A DNA stretch of 40,683 nucleotides from Acidobacteriota bacterium (GCA_039934155.1 JBDTMQ010000034.1:1-40683), one strand, 5' to 3'; shown: positions 26,900 through 37,071, counted from the stretch's first letter. A program made the numbers and translations. Notes: generated by a model not told the origin, from the letters alone.

Positions 26900-27693
26900 T
26901 GTTGAACATCCTTGTTCACGCTCGCCGTATGAATGAAGTCCTCGACAAGCCCGGGACACCGATCTCCGAAGTTTCTATTGAATCCGTATTGCTCGACGCA
27001 GACCTTTTTGTAAAGTACGCGTCGGCGGACAGGGCGTTTCTATTACTGAAAGAATCACTCGACCGCAGCCCGCGTTCAATAGCTCTCAGAGAAAAACTCA
27101 AAGACATCTGTATCAAACAGAAGAATTTGAACGAGGCCGCAAAGCAATGCCTCGCCTTGGTGAGCCTGTACATCGCCCGCGAAGAATTCGATATCGCCTA
27201 TGACCGGCTGCAGGAAGCAAAGCTGCTTGATCCGCGGATATCGGTCGCACCTGGGCTTGAGGCGATCCGACGTGCGCGGCGCCCTGACTTTGCCGTTCAC
27301 CGCGATAAAACCCCTCAGCACGTGAGAACGGATGTTACGTTTGCCGGTAACCTGGGTTATGTATCGATATTCGACGCAGTACAGGTGATCGAAAGTGGGA
27401 AGATGACGGGGCTTCTGGTACTCAAGTCGGACATGCATCTCGCCAGCGTCTCTTTCAACGACGGAAAGATCGTCGACGCCGAATGCAACGGCCGGAATGG
27501 AACGGTTGCATTTCGCGATATTATCGAAATAGGCAACGGAACCTTTGAATTCACCACATCGGAATCTGAGTTTCCGGTAGTGATCAGTATCGTCAGCAAT
27601 ACCAATTTCCTTCTCGACGTTCTTACGGAATTGGATAATGAGCGGGCCGAAAAAGACGGCCTTCGCGACGTTGGCGATGAAATAGCACAATGA
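26899..27693 (+). CDS. DUF4388-like domain protein with helical (TPR-like) N-terminal region
   Basis: 264 aa. The C-terminal half, FAGNLGYVSIFDAVQVIESGKMTGLLVL...ASVSFNDGKIVDAE, matches my recollection of the DUF4388 pattern (G.L..f.l.dllq.l....tG.L.l). The family call is from memory. Confidence 0.65.
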   Translation: MLNILVHARRMNEVLDKPGTPISEVSIESVLLDADLFVKYASADRAFLLLKESLDRSPRSIALREKLKDICIKQKNLNEAAKQCLALVSLYIAREEFDIAYDRLQEAKLLDPRISVAPGLEAIRRARRPDFAVHRDKTPQHVRTDVTFAGNLGYVSIFDAVQVIESGKMTGLLVLKSDMHLASVSFNDGKIVDAECNGRNGTVAFRDIIEIGNGTFEFTTSESEFPVVISIVSNTNFLLDVLTELDNERAEKDGLRDVGDEIAQ

Positions 27694-27852
27694 CTTCAAA
27701 GGTGCCACAGAACTTTCTAGTTCGCTAAAGCAAATGCAATTGGGCCCCGGTCGAGAGTCGGCGTTCGATGCCGCGTTTGCGTGAATCAGGCTTGATTTCC
27801 CGCCCCAAATACCCCAAAATATAGTGCTGTCTAAGGCTCACGGCACTATAGA

Positions 27853-30800
27853 ATGTTCAAACTCCAGCGCCTCGAAATCACAGGCTTCAAGTCCTTTGCC
27901 GATTACACCGAAATAGTATTTACCGGCAATGGTATTACCGCGGTCGTCGGACCGAACGGATGTGGCAAGTCGAATGTTTCCGACTGTATCTCGTGGGTAC
28001 TCGGCGAACAGCGCGCTAAATCGCTTCGCGGAGCCGAAATGAAGGATGTTGTATTTCAGGGCACGAAGAATCGGAAGCCGAGCGGTATGGCCGAGGTCGT
28101 GCTTCATCTCGTTCGCGACGAGGATGTCTCTGATAATGATGGGATCGAACTCGACGACATCGACGCAACGCTTAACGAGATCGATGAACAGGCGGTAGAC
28201 GTCGGCGCTCTGCAGTACAGCGAGAATGAGACCGACATTGAAAATGTGGGAGTTACAAACGGCTCATATTCAGATAACGCCGAATTCGAGACCGTTCGGG
28301 CCGCTCAGGTTGGCTCGGTCCAGACCGTTGAGCGAACAATAAAAACCAAGCGACATTGGCGGCCCCGTTCGTTCGCGTTGGATTTTGCACCGGGCGAAGC
28401 CGTTTCTGTGACACGCCGGCTTTATTTGTCGGGAGAAAGTGAGTATCAACTGAACGGAAAGACCTGCCGGCTTCGGGACATCCAGGACCTGTTTGCCGGT
28501 ACGGGATTGTCGGGTTCGCATTACGCGATCATTGAGCAGGGCCGCATCGGACAGATCCTTTCGGCAAAGCCGGCAGATCGCCGGAATCTGTTGGAGGAGG
28601 CGGCCGGGATCTCAAAGTTCCGTACCCGTCAGCGTGCCGCCGAAGCGCGACTCGAATCGGCAAGATCGAATCTCGGCCGCATTTCGGATATCGTGTCCGA
28701 GATCGAAAAGCAGGCGAATTCGCTGCGTCGTCAGGCTGCAAAGACAAGGCGGTATATCGCACTCAGAGACGAATTTCGAGAACTTCTTCGCCATTTGTAC
28801 GCTGCCGAGGGGAAACATTTTTCTGAGTTGATCGAAATCTTGCGGCAAAAACACTCCGATGCGACGTCAGCCGAAAAAGAGCTAAGCCGCGGCGTGGAGC
28901 GGAAGGAGAAAGACTTCCGCAAGGCAACCGATGAAGCACGTGCCGCCGAGGAAAGCCTCGCCGAGATCCGTAAACTGCATTCTGAAAAGGCGCTTGAACG
29001 CGATCGCGCTGAACGCGAACATCGCTATCGTTCGGAACAAATTGTCGGTCTAAACAACCGTTCTCAAGCGATCTTGACAGAGATCGATGCGGCTAACGCC
29101 CGAAGCGAACTGATCACCGCGGAAATTGACCGACTTTCGGCCGACGACGCAAAAGAGCGGGCTGAGGCAGATGCTTCGCGGCTCATCCTGGAAGCTACGG
29201 AAAAGGTCTATTCCGAAAAGATGGATGAGGTTCGACTGGTCGAATCCGAGCTGGAGGCCCATCGTAACAAGCTGCTCAAGCAAATGGCAGCGGTCGAGCG
29301 TCTGGATGAGTACCAAAATCATTTAAACGGCAATCGAAACCGCCTTAATGAGCGGTTGAACGGACTATTTCGCGAGGCCGAAAGAACCGAAGAAGCGTTG
29401 ACGGAATTTCGGGTAGAAGCGAACAATGCTGCGGAAGCGATCAAAGCGGAAACCGCAAAACTGAATGGCTTTCAGGAAGAAAAGCTGCAACTGCTTGTCA
29501 AGACTAGCGCCGCACGTGACGAACTTCGCATCGCCGATGAAAATCTCCGCGCTGTCGAATCCGAGTTTTCACGGACGAAAAACAGGCTCGAGACGCTGCG
29601 CGAGCTTGAAGAAAAACGTACAGTTTACGCTCCCCAAATTCAAAAACTTTTTACGCGTCAGGCCGAGATCGGTGTCGGATTTGCCGGCGTTCTTGCGGAT
29701 ATCCTGAACGTCGAGGAAAAGGCCGAGCGAGCCGTTGAACATTTACTCGGTCCGCTGCTGCAGTCGGTGCTCGTTGCGTCGGAGAAAGATGCCAAAAAAC
29801 TTTCCTTCTGGCTTCGTTCGAACGCGATCGGCCGCGTTGCGGTCCTTGTTGCTCCAGCGGACACGACGTCCATAGCGACAACTAAAAGTTCGCGAGGGAA
29901 AACGTTGATCGAGGATCTGCTTGGCGTGTCGGACGAAGTACGCGAATTACTGAGAAAAGTGTTTCCGGCTGAAATGTCGACGCAGTTTGTTGACGATCTG
30001 ATCGAGGTCGAACCAGTAAACGGGACGTCCTATGCAGATACAAATGGCGACCTGTTGATCGGCGGCCGAATGGCTGTCATAGGCAACGATGTTTCCGATA
30101 AAAAAAGTGCGTCGCTGTTGGCGTTCAAGCGGGAACTCTCTGAGCTCCAAAGGGCTCAGGACAAACTATCGAAAACAGTAGATTCCGCAGCTAAAGAAGC
30201 AGAGACAAGACGTCGGGCGGTCACAGCTGTTGAGGAAGAGACCGTCGATCTTCAGTCTCTGATAATAAAGGTTGAACGCGGTCTGCTTAACCTCGAACAC
30301 AACGAAAGGAATTTGCTTCAAGAGGTCGAGCGGGCTGAGCGACATCAAAGGGTGATCCGTGACGAACAGGAGTTGATCCAACAGGAAATTCTCGACGCCG
30401 ACGAACAGCTGAAAACTTCGGAAGTCAGCCGCCAGGCCGCCGAAAGCGAGCGTGAGTCGCTGGCGGCGGAACTCGAATCGATCAATAAACGGCTTGGAGT
30501 CGCGCGGGAACGTTCGGAAGCCGAAAATGCTGTGCTAAGTGAAAAACGCACGCTGGCTGCGACTTCAGGCGAACGCCGACGGTCGGTCCAATCGGCATTG
30601 CGGCGAGTTGAGAATGAAAGAAAAGATACCGAGTCGCGGATCTCGGCTTTGTCACATGAGCTGCGTGAGATCGAAACGAATCTTTCTGACCTTCGGAAAA
30701 CGGTGTCGGCGATCGCCAACCTCTTGGGATCGGTCGAGTCAGACCAGGAAACCGAGCGAACTGAACTTGATGCGGCGGTCGCTGCTGTTACAGCTGCCCG

Positions 30801-31647
30801 AGAGGTTGCGGATGCTGCCAGTTCTGAGCTGGCTGATCTGAATCGGCACTCTGCTGAAGCGATCAATGAGCGGTCGGCGATCGAGGTACAGCAGACCGAA
30901 GCTGTCACGCGACTAGAAAATCTAAAAGAAAAGTGCTATGACGAACTTCATCTTGAGCTGAGTTCTTTAGTAAATGAAGAACCGGTCATCGACGAAGTCG
31001 AACTTGATCAGACCCGGGCCAATGTCGAAGAGATACGCGACCGTCTCGAAGGATTCGGTGCCATCAATATGCTGGCGGTCGAGGAGCTCGGCGAAACCGA
31101 GGAAAGGCTGGTTTTTCTTACTGGCCAGAGACAGGATATCGTTGACAGCATACGATCGGCCGACGAGGCCCTGAAAGAGATCAAGGAACGATCGCGTTCG
31201 AGATTCAAAGATGCCTTCGAATCCATCAATGCGAATTTCGCGCAGTTCTTTCGAGAGCTTTTTGGCGGCGGCCGCGGCGAAATGACCTTGCTCGAATCCG
31301 AAGACGTGCTCGAAGCCGGGATCGAGGTCGTCGCTCAGCCGCCGGGCAAAAGATTGCAAAACATACTTCTGCTTTCCGGCGGCGAAAAGGCGATGACCGC
31401 AATTGCACTTGTCCTTGCGATCTTTAAATATCGACCATCGCCATTTTGTCTGCTGGATGAGGTAGACGCTCCGCTCGATGACGCCAATGTCGGACGCTTT
31501 GTAAATAAGATCGAGGAAATGGCTGAAAAAACGCAGTTCATCGTTATTACTCATAATAAGCGAACGATGGAAGCCGCCCGAGCCCTATACGGTGTTACGA
31601 TGCAGGAACCGGGCGTTTCCCGGATCGTTTCCGTTAAATTCGACTAG
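27853..31647 (+). CDS. smc: Chromosome segregation protein SMC
   Basis: 1264 aa. It has Walker A GPNGCGKSN, long coiled-coil regions, a hinge, the signature LSGGEKAMTAIAL, and Walker B FCLLDEVDAPLD. Confidence 0.96.
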   Translation: MFKLQRLEITGFKSFADYTEIVFTGNGITAVVGPNGCGKSNVSDCISWVLGEQRAKSLRGAEMKDVVFQGTKNRKPSGMAEVVLHLVRDEDVSDNDGIELDDIDATLNEIDEQAVDVGALQYSENETDIENVGVTNGSYSDNAEFETVRAAQVGSVQTVERTIKTKRHWRPRSFALDFAPGEAVSVTRRLYLSGESEYQLNGKTCRLRDIQDLFAGTGLSGSHYAIIEQGRIGQILSAKPADRRNLLEEAAGISKFRTRQRAAEARLESARSNLGRISDIVSEIEKQANSLRRQAAKTRRYIALRDEFRELLRHLYAAEGKHFSELIEILRQKHSDATSAEKELSRGVERKEKDFRKATDEARAAEESLAEIRKLHSEKALERDRAEREHRYRSEQIVGLNNRSQAILTEIDAANARSELITAEIDRLSADDAKERAEADASRLILEATEKVYSEKMDEVRLVESELEAHRNKLLKQMAAVERLDEYQNHLNGNRNRLNERLNGLFREAERTEEALTEFRVEANNAAEAIKAETAKLNGFQEEKLQLLVKTSAARDELRIADENLRAVESEFSRTKNRLETLRELEEKRTVYAPQIQKLFTRQAEIGVGFAGVLADILNVEEKAERAVEHLLGPLLQSVLVASEKDAKKLSFWLRSNAIGRVAVLVAPADTTSIATTKSSRGKTLIEDLLGVSDEVRELLRKVFPAEMSTQFVDDLIEVEPVNGTSYADTNGDLLIGGRMAVIGNDVSDKKSASLLAFKRELSELQRAQDKLSKTVDSAAKEAETRRRAVTAVEEETVDLQSLIIKVERGLLNLEHNERNLLQEVERAERHQRVIRDEQELIQQEILDADEQLKTSEVSRQAAESERESLAAELESINKRLGVARERSEAENAVLSEKRTLAATSGERRRSVQSALRRVENERKDTESRISALSHELREIETNLSDLRKTVSAIANLLGSVESDQETERTELDAAVAAVTAAREVADAASSELADLNRHSAEAINERSAIEVQQTEAVTRLENLKEKCYDELHLELSSLVNEEPVIDEVELDQTRANVEEIRDRLEGFGAINMLAVEELGETEERLVFLTGQRQDIVDSIRSADEALKEIKERSRSRFKDAFESINANFAQFFRELFGGGRGEMTLLESEDVLEAGIEVVAQPPGKRLQNILLLSGGEKAMTAIALVLAIFKYRPSPFCLLDEVDAPLDDANVGRFVNKIEEMAEKTQFIVITHNKRTMEAARALYGVTMQEPGVSRIVSVKFD

Positions 31648-31705
31648 TCAATAAACTCTCTCGCCATTTGTTACATCCAATTCAAGGTCCGTTTGAAGCC
31701 GAAAT

Positions 31706-32536
31706 ATGAAGCATAAAACTTTAATGCTTGCCATGTGTGCCGTGGTTGTCTGCTGTGTAGGTGCGTTTTCTGCCCGGGCGCAGGCAAAAAAGAAAAAGCC
31801 GGCTGCCAGATCAGAGACAAAGCAGACGGCACGATCGGAATCTGGTACTGAAATAGAGGACCGAAAGAATATCGAATTGCCCCCGAAAAAGAACGGCCGT
31901 CCAGCTGATGTGAGCCAATCTGTCAAAACCGCTTCGAGCCAGCCGCCGGCAGTCGTTGAACCGGAATATGTCTACGAGTTTTCTCAGCCGGATTTTCCGA
32001 TCGGTAAGATCGTGATCGTTCATGATGACACGGGAAAGGGCACGATCGAATTTACAAAAAAGGGTGCCGACGAGGCCATCAAGGATCCGATCGTTGTGCC
32101 AAATGGCGCGCTCGAACTCATCCGAAAGGCATTAAGCGACCTCAATTTTCTTGATTCGGCGGAAGATTATCAGTACGCGAAGGATTATTCGCATCTCGGC
32201 AACATCGTCTTCCGCCTAAATCGAGGCGGCCGGCAGCGAAGCGTAAAATTCAACTGGACGGAAAATAGATCGGCGAGAATTTTGGCAGATGAGTACCGCA
32301 AGATCGGAAATCAATTCATATGGATCTTTGACGTGACGGTCGCCCGGGAAAATCAGCCTCTAGAGACGCCGCGGCTGCTCGATTCGCTTGATTCGCTTTT
32401 ACGGCGAAACGAGATAGCCGGCCCCCGCGAAATGACAGCGGTCTTACAGAGTTTGACAGACGATGAGCGCATTCCGTTAATATCACGCAATCACGCCGCA
32501 CGGCTGATAAAACAAATCGACAAATCAAAAAAATAG
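31706..32536 (+). CDS. Hypothetical exported protein
   Basis: 276 aa. It has the signal peptide MKHKTLMLAMCAVVVCCVGAFSARAQA followed by a Lys-rich low-complexity tract. I recognise no motif. Confidence 0.6.
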   Translation: MKHKTLMLAMCAVVVCCVGAFSARAQAKKKKPAARSETKQTARSESGTEIEDRKNIELPPKKNGRPADVSQSVKTASSQPPAVVEPEYVYEFSQPDFPIGKIVIVHDDTGKGTIEFTKKGADEAIKDPIVVPNGALELIRKALSDLNFLDSAEDYQYAKDYSHLGNIVFRLNRGGRQRSVKFNWTENRSARILADEYRKIGNQFIWIFDVTVARENQPLETPRLLDSLDSLLRRNEIAGPREMTAVLQSLTDDERIPLISRNHAARLIKQIDKSKK

Positions 32537-32631
32537 AGTGCAGATCTTGTTCTGAACGACGGGACATTTTGCGTTCGAATTCAAAAAAAGCCCCAAATGA
32601 CCGAAAGAACAGTCTGCCTGTGCGGACCCGC

Positions 32632-35600
32632 CTATGCGCCCGCAGGTGCGATCTTTTCAGAAACTTCCGGTTCGCTTGCCGGAGAGATCTCGTCTGAATC
32701 GGCGATCAAGGCTTTTTCGACTATTTGTTTTTGTTCAAGCTCATGGATCGCATAAGAGCCGGTCGCCGGCGATGCCGAAGGAACTCGGCCGACATATGTA
32801 AGCGAAACCGATCCCGGCAAAACAGCTCGCAGCCGCGGCTCGACAAACGTCCAGCCGCCCATATTTTGGGGTTCTTCCTGGGTCCAGAAAACCTGGGTCA
32901 CATTCTTGTATTCAGCAAGCGTCCGCTCCAGTGATTCACCAGGGAACGGATAGAACTGTTCGAGGCGTATGATCGCCACGCGCTTGTCATGCGCATCTTC
33001 GCGCCCGGCTTCGAGGTCGTAAAAGACCTTGCCGCTGCACAGCACGACACGCTTGACCGCGTCTTTATCCTGAACCTTCGCGTCGTCGATCAGCGGATAA
33101 AATCCGCCGCTCGAAAGCTGGTCGATGGTCGAACTTGCTGCCGGAAGCCGCAAAAGACTCTTCGGCGTCATCACCACCAGCGGCCGGACGATATCCTGTT
33201 TAACCTGACGCCTGAGCAAATGAAAATACTGCGCCGGCGTAGTCGGATAGCACACCTGCAGATTATTTTCAGCACAAAGCTGCAGATAACGCTCAAGCCG
33301 TGCCGATGAGTGCTCGGGGCCCTGACCCTCGTATCCATGCGGCAGCAAAAGCACGAGTCGGCATTGCTCTTTCCATTTATCCTCCGATGCGGCGATATAT
33401 TGATCGATTATTACCTGCGCGCCATTCGAAAAGTCGCCGAATTGGGCTTCCCACATTACGAGGTCATTGGGGCAAACGATCGAGTATCCGTATTCAAAAC
33501 CGAGAACTCCTGATTCAGAAAGGGAACTGTCATAGACATAAAAGCGTGCCTTCAGATTCGTTTCGTTCCTGAGCTCGGTCAACGGCGACCAGCGTTCGCC
33601 GGTCATCGTGTCATACATCGATGCGTGCCGCTGCGAGAATGTTCCGCGGCCAGAGTCCTGCCCGCTTAGTCTGACCGGAAAACCGTCAACGACCAGTGAT
33701 CCGACGGCGATCGCCTCTGCAAATCCCCAATCCATCGGCACTTCGCCCGCACCCATTTTTGCACGCCGTCCAAGCTGGCCTACCATTTTAGGATTAACGT
33801 GAAAGTTATCAGGAACAATAGATATCTTTTCTGAGACAGCCGCGAGAACGTCAGACGAGATGCCGGTCTCAAGGACTGCCGAGCCGTCCTCTTCAACGGC
33901 GGCCGGCGGCAGCTCGGCCCGTTTCGGTTTTTCAGCCGCAATGCGTTTAGCGTTCTGAAGAACGTTCTCGTATTTCTCGACGACCTTGCCTGTCAGCTCG
34001 TTCAAACCGACTTCGGTGATCACGCCCTCGCGAATGAGCTGCTCGGCGTATATGTGTCGGGCGCCGGGGTGTGCCTTTACACGGGCGTACATGAGCGGCT
34101 GTGTATAGCTTGGCTCGTCGCCCTCGTTATGGCCCAGACGCCGAAATCCGACCAGATCAAGCACGACGTCTTTCATGAATTGGCGTCGATAATCAAGAGC
34201 GATCTGTATAACCCGAAATGCGGCCTCAGGCGCGTCACCATTGATATGAAAGATAGGCGTTTGCGTGATCTGCGCCGCATCGGTCGAATAGATCGAGCTT
34301 CGTCCCAATTGTGGCGACGTCGTAAATCCGATCTGATTATTGATCACGATGTGTATCGTACCGCCGGTTCGATATCCGGGTAAATTCGCTAGCTGAAGCG
34401 TCTCCATCACGATACCCTGACCCGCGAAAGCCGCGTCACCGTGAAGCAGAACGGGCAATATTTGTGAATATACCTCGTCGCGTGTTTGCTGCTCGCCGTT
34501 GCGCAGGTCGTCCTGCTTGCCGCGCGCCATGCCTTCCACAACGGGATTTACAAACTCGAGATGGCTCGGGTTGCAGGAAAGCTGGATGCGAATATCTTTA
34601 CCGCTCCGGGCCTTGCGAATTCCGGTCGCTCCCTGGTGATATTTGACGTCGCCTTCATCGGCCGGAAAGCTGGGATGTGATGTGCCTTCAAACACGGCAA
34701 AGATCCGTTCGGCCATATCGCCGGTCTCGGCGTTGCCGACGATATTAGAGAGCACATTCAATCGGCCGCGATGGGCCATTCCCATGTAGATCTCGTTCAC
34801 ACCGCGTTCCGACGCGCCCTCGACCAGCTGGTCGAGCATCGGGATGACAGTTTCACACCCTTCGAGGGAAAACCTCTTTTGTCCGAGATACTTCTTATGC
34901 AGGAATTGCTCGAACTGCTCTGCTTCGATCAGCTTTCGCAGAAGGTCGATCTTGAGACTTGCATCAAGCGGGACGGTGTCGACAAATGCCTCGCGAATTC
35001 GCTGTCTGATCCAGTCCTTTTCTTCGCGGCTTTGAATGTGTCTGTATTCGATCCCGACCTTGCCTGAATAGGCGCTTCTTAATATTTCCAGGATGCGACG
35101 AAGTGATGCGGTCTTTTCGCCGTGAAGTCCGCCCGTAATGAATTCACGGTCGAGGTCCCAAATCGTAAGGCCAAAGGCTTCAAGCTCGAGTTCTGTCGTT
35201 TGGTGCGATGTCATATTCAGCGGATCTATATCCGCCAAAAGGTGTCCGCGGGTGCGGTACGCATTTATGAGCTGTAAAACGTTCGCCTGTTTTTCGGCCT
35301 GTTCGCTGAATCGGTCGCCGCCCAAAAGTGATGGGTTATAGTCCTCGGCCCACCGAAGAGGCGGATAATTTATCCCCAGGTCCTCAAAAACCTCAACATA
35401 GAAATCTTCATGGCCGATCAAAAACTTATGTATCTTAGCCAAGAACAATCCGCTTTCGGCTCCTTGAATAACACGGTGATCGTAGGTGCTCGTAAGCGTA
35501 ATGATCTTGCTTATGCCAAGCTGAGAAAGAGCACCGGCAGTCATCGCCTGATATTCGGCAGGATATTCGATCGCGCCGGTGGCAATGATCACACTCTGGC

Positions 35601-36393
35601 CGGCCATCAGCCTCGGGTTGGACGCGACCGTGCCGAGAGTGCCAGGGTTCGTAAGCGAGATCGTCGTTCCCTGAAAATCAGCGATCTCGACTTTTCCTTC
35701 GCGTGCTCTTTTGACCGTTTCATTGTAGGCGGCAAAAAACTCGGAGAAGTTCATTTTTTCGGCGCCTTTTATATTGGGGACCAGCAAATTCCGCGAACCG
35801 TCCTTTTTCTCAATATCGATCGCAATACCCAGGTTTATTGAATGGTTCTCAATTCGCGACGGTGTCTCGTTGACCAGCCCGAACGAATTGTTCATTTGCG
35901 GATAGGCCTTTGCCGCCTTAATGATCGCCCACGCTATCAAATGCGTAAACGAAGCTTTCCCGCGTCCCGAACTCTGGAGATGTGTGTTAATGATACGCCG
36001 ATTTTCTTCGAGAACTTTGACTGGAATGGTGCGAAGACTAGTGGCCGTCGGAACCGTTAGGCTCAACTCCATGTTCTCGACGATTATCTTGGATGGACCG
36101 ACTATCGGTTTAGAATCAGAATCAGGGCCGACAGCCGCTGACATTTGAGGTCTTATTGGGACTGATTTCGTTGGCTGCGTGACCGACATCGGACGAGCCG
36201 GCTCCGGCTTACTGCCTTCAACATCTTCGAGGCGTGACCCGTTAGCAAGAAGGTCATCAAAATAATTCCGCCACGATTCATCGACAGAATTTGGATCGGC
36301 CTTGAACCGGGCCAAAAGGCCCTCGACGTAACTTGCGTTCGCTCCGAAGTTCTCAGCTATGAACTCGGATATATTTGTTGTATTTGTGCTCAC
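32632..36393 (-). CDS. kgd: Multifunctional 2-oxoglutarate dehydrogenase E1 component with fused N-terminal E2-like acyltransferase domain (Kgd/OdhA type)
   Basis: 1253 aa with a GTG start. Residues about 100-335 carry a 2-oxoacid dehydrogenase acyltransferase-like domain with TSTYDHRVIQGAESG. The E1o region follows (GMAHRGRLNVL, LHGDAAFAGQG, transketolase-like C-terminal part). Confidence 0.93.
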   Translation of the reverse strand: MSTNTTNISEFIAENFGANASYVEGLLARFKADPNSVDESWRNYFDDLLANGSRLEDVEGSKPEPARPMSVTQPTKSVPIRPQMSAAVGPDSDSKPIVGPSKIIVENMELSLTVPTATSLRTIPVKVLEENRRIINTHLQSSGRGKASFTHLIAWAIIKAAKAYPQMNNSFGLVNETPSRIENHSINLGIAIDIEKKDGSRNLLVPNIKGAEKMNFSEFFAAYNETVKRAREGKVEIADFQGTTISLTNPGTLGTVASNPRLMAGQSVIIATGAIEYPAEYQAMTAGALSQLGISKIITLTSTYDHRVIQGAESGLFLAKIHKFLIGHEDFYVEVFEDLGINYPPLRWAEDYNPSLLGGDRFSEQAEKQANVLQLINAYRTRGHLLADIDPLNMTSHQTTELELEAFGLTIWDLDREFITGGLHGEKTASLRRILEILRSAYSGKVGIEYRHIQSREEKDWIRQRIREAFVDTVPLDASLKIDLLRKLIEAEQFEQFLHKKYLGQKRFSLEGCETVIPMLDQLVEGASERGVNEIYMGMAHRGRLNVLSNIVGNAETGDMAERIFAVFEGTSHPSFPADEGDVKYHQGATGIRKARSGKDIRIQLSCNPSHLEFVNPVVEGMARGKQDDLRNGEQQTRDEVYSQILPVLLHGDAAFAGQGIVMETLQLANLPGYRTGGTIHIVINNQIGFTTSPQLGRSSIYSTDAAQITQTPIFHINGDAPEAAFRVIQIALDYRRQFMKDVVLDLVGFRRLGHNEGDEPSYTQPLMYARVKAHPGARHIYAEQLIREGVITEVGLNELTGKVVEKYENVLQNAKRIAAEKPKRAELPPAAVEEDGSAVLETGISSDVLAAVSEKISIVPDNFHVNPKMVGQLGRRAKMGAGEVPMDWGFAEAIAVGSLVVDGFPVRLSGQDSGRGTFSQRHASMYDTMTGERWSPLTELRNETNLKARFYVYDSSLSESGVLGFEYGYSIVCPNDLVMWEAQFGDFSNGAQVIIDQYIAASEDKWKEQCRLVLLLPHGYEGQGPEHSSARLERYLQLCAENNLQVCYPTTPAQYFHLLRRQVKQDIVRPLVVMTPKSLLRLPAASSTIDQLSSGGFYPLIDDAKVQDKDAVKRVVLCSGKVFYDLEAGREDAHDKRVAIIRLEQFYPFPGESLERTLAEYKNVTQVFWTQEEPQNMGGWTFVEPRLRAVLPGSVSLTYVGRVPSASPATGSYAIHELEQKQIVEKALIADSDEISPASEPEVSEKIAPAGA

Positions 36394-36579
36394 GATGTAT
36401 TCGATGTACCTCTAAAAACTACTAAGGGTGCAAATGAATATTTTAACTCAGAACACAAAAAATTACAGCCTTGTTGACGAAGAAGACCCGTTCTCTGGTC
36501 AATGTCGAATCGGGTTGGGGATCGTAATATCGAGGTCGACAGGTACCACTCGTCTGAAGCTGAAGCCGTATTTTTTGAA

Positions 36580-37071
36580 TCAGCCAAATACGAATATGCG
36601 ACCCGTCACACGCCAGGGTTCTTCGGCGGTTCTGACTTCTCTTAAAGCGGCTTTAAAGACGTTGCTAAATGGCACGATGAGACGGATCTTTTCAGGCAGA
36701 AGTAGTACGGATCGCCGGTCTATTTCGAACGGCGTCGATATATCAGCCGCGTCAATTTCGATGCCGTTTACGCGAAAGTCGTGAAATGCGATGCGATCAA
36801 CCCGCCCCTTTGCATCGATCCCGCTTAATTCGGCTGCGATCTCGAGAGTGATCCCGGACAAAGAAACATCCGTTAGGTCTGCTTCAGTCGTCCGGACGCT
36901 GCCCTGTTTGCCGTCCTTCACGAGAATAGGTGTTTGCACGACCTTATAGCCTGCGATCTTTTCAGGAAGTTTTTGCGACGAGCCGAAAGAGGTTAGAGCC
37001 GTTATTGCGAGAGCAGCAGCAACAAACAGACGAACGAATTCCAGCCGATCGATTTTGACCGGCCTCTTCAT
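36580..37071 (-). CDS. Hypothetical exported/anchored protein co-transcribed with nusB
   Basis: 163 aa with N-terminal hydrophobic segment LFVAAALAITALTSFG. Its ATG overlaps the nusB stop (ATGA at 37068-37071). I am not confident of any family. Confidence 0.6.
   Translation of the reverse strand: MKRPVKIDRLEFVRLFVAAALAITALTSFGSSQKLPEKIAGYKVVQTPILVKDGKQGSVRTTEADLTDVSLSGITLEIAAELSGIDAKGRVDRIAFHDFRVNGIEIDAADISTPFEIDRRSVLLLPEKIRLIVPFSNVFKAALREVRTAEEPWRVTGRIFVFG

Noticed and set aside
27076-27708. 210-aa minus-strand ORF
   Set aside because: It is antisense to the DUF4388-like gene. The + frame contains the recognisable domain pattern and a clean ATG, whereas the minus frame has no motif.
30345-31554. 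187-aa and 195-aa minus-strand ORFs (30345-30908, 30967-31554)
   Set aside because: Both are antisense to smc. Their S/A/R-rich low-complexity composition mirrors the coiled-coil codons. No motifs are present.
36390-36587. 65-codon ORF (TTG start) exactly bridging the gap between the nusB-linked gene and kgd, with its stop overlapping the kgd GTG (GTGA)
   Set aside because: An open frame of about 62 codons in one of three frames is not statistically remarkable. It has a non-ATG start, no Shine-Dalgarno and an unconvincing composition. It is kept only as a note for ribosome-profiling data.
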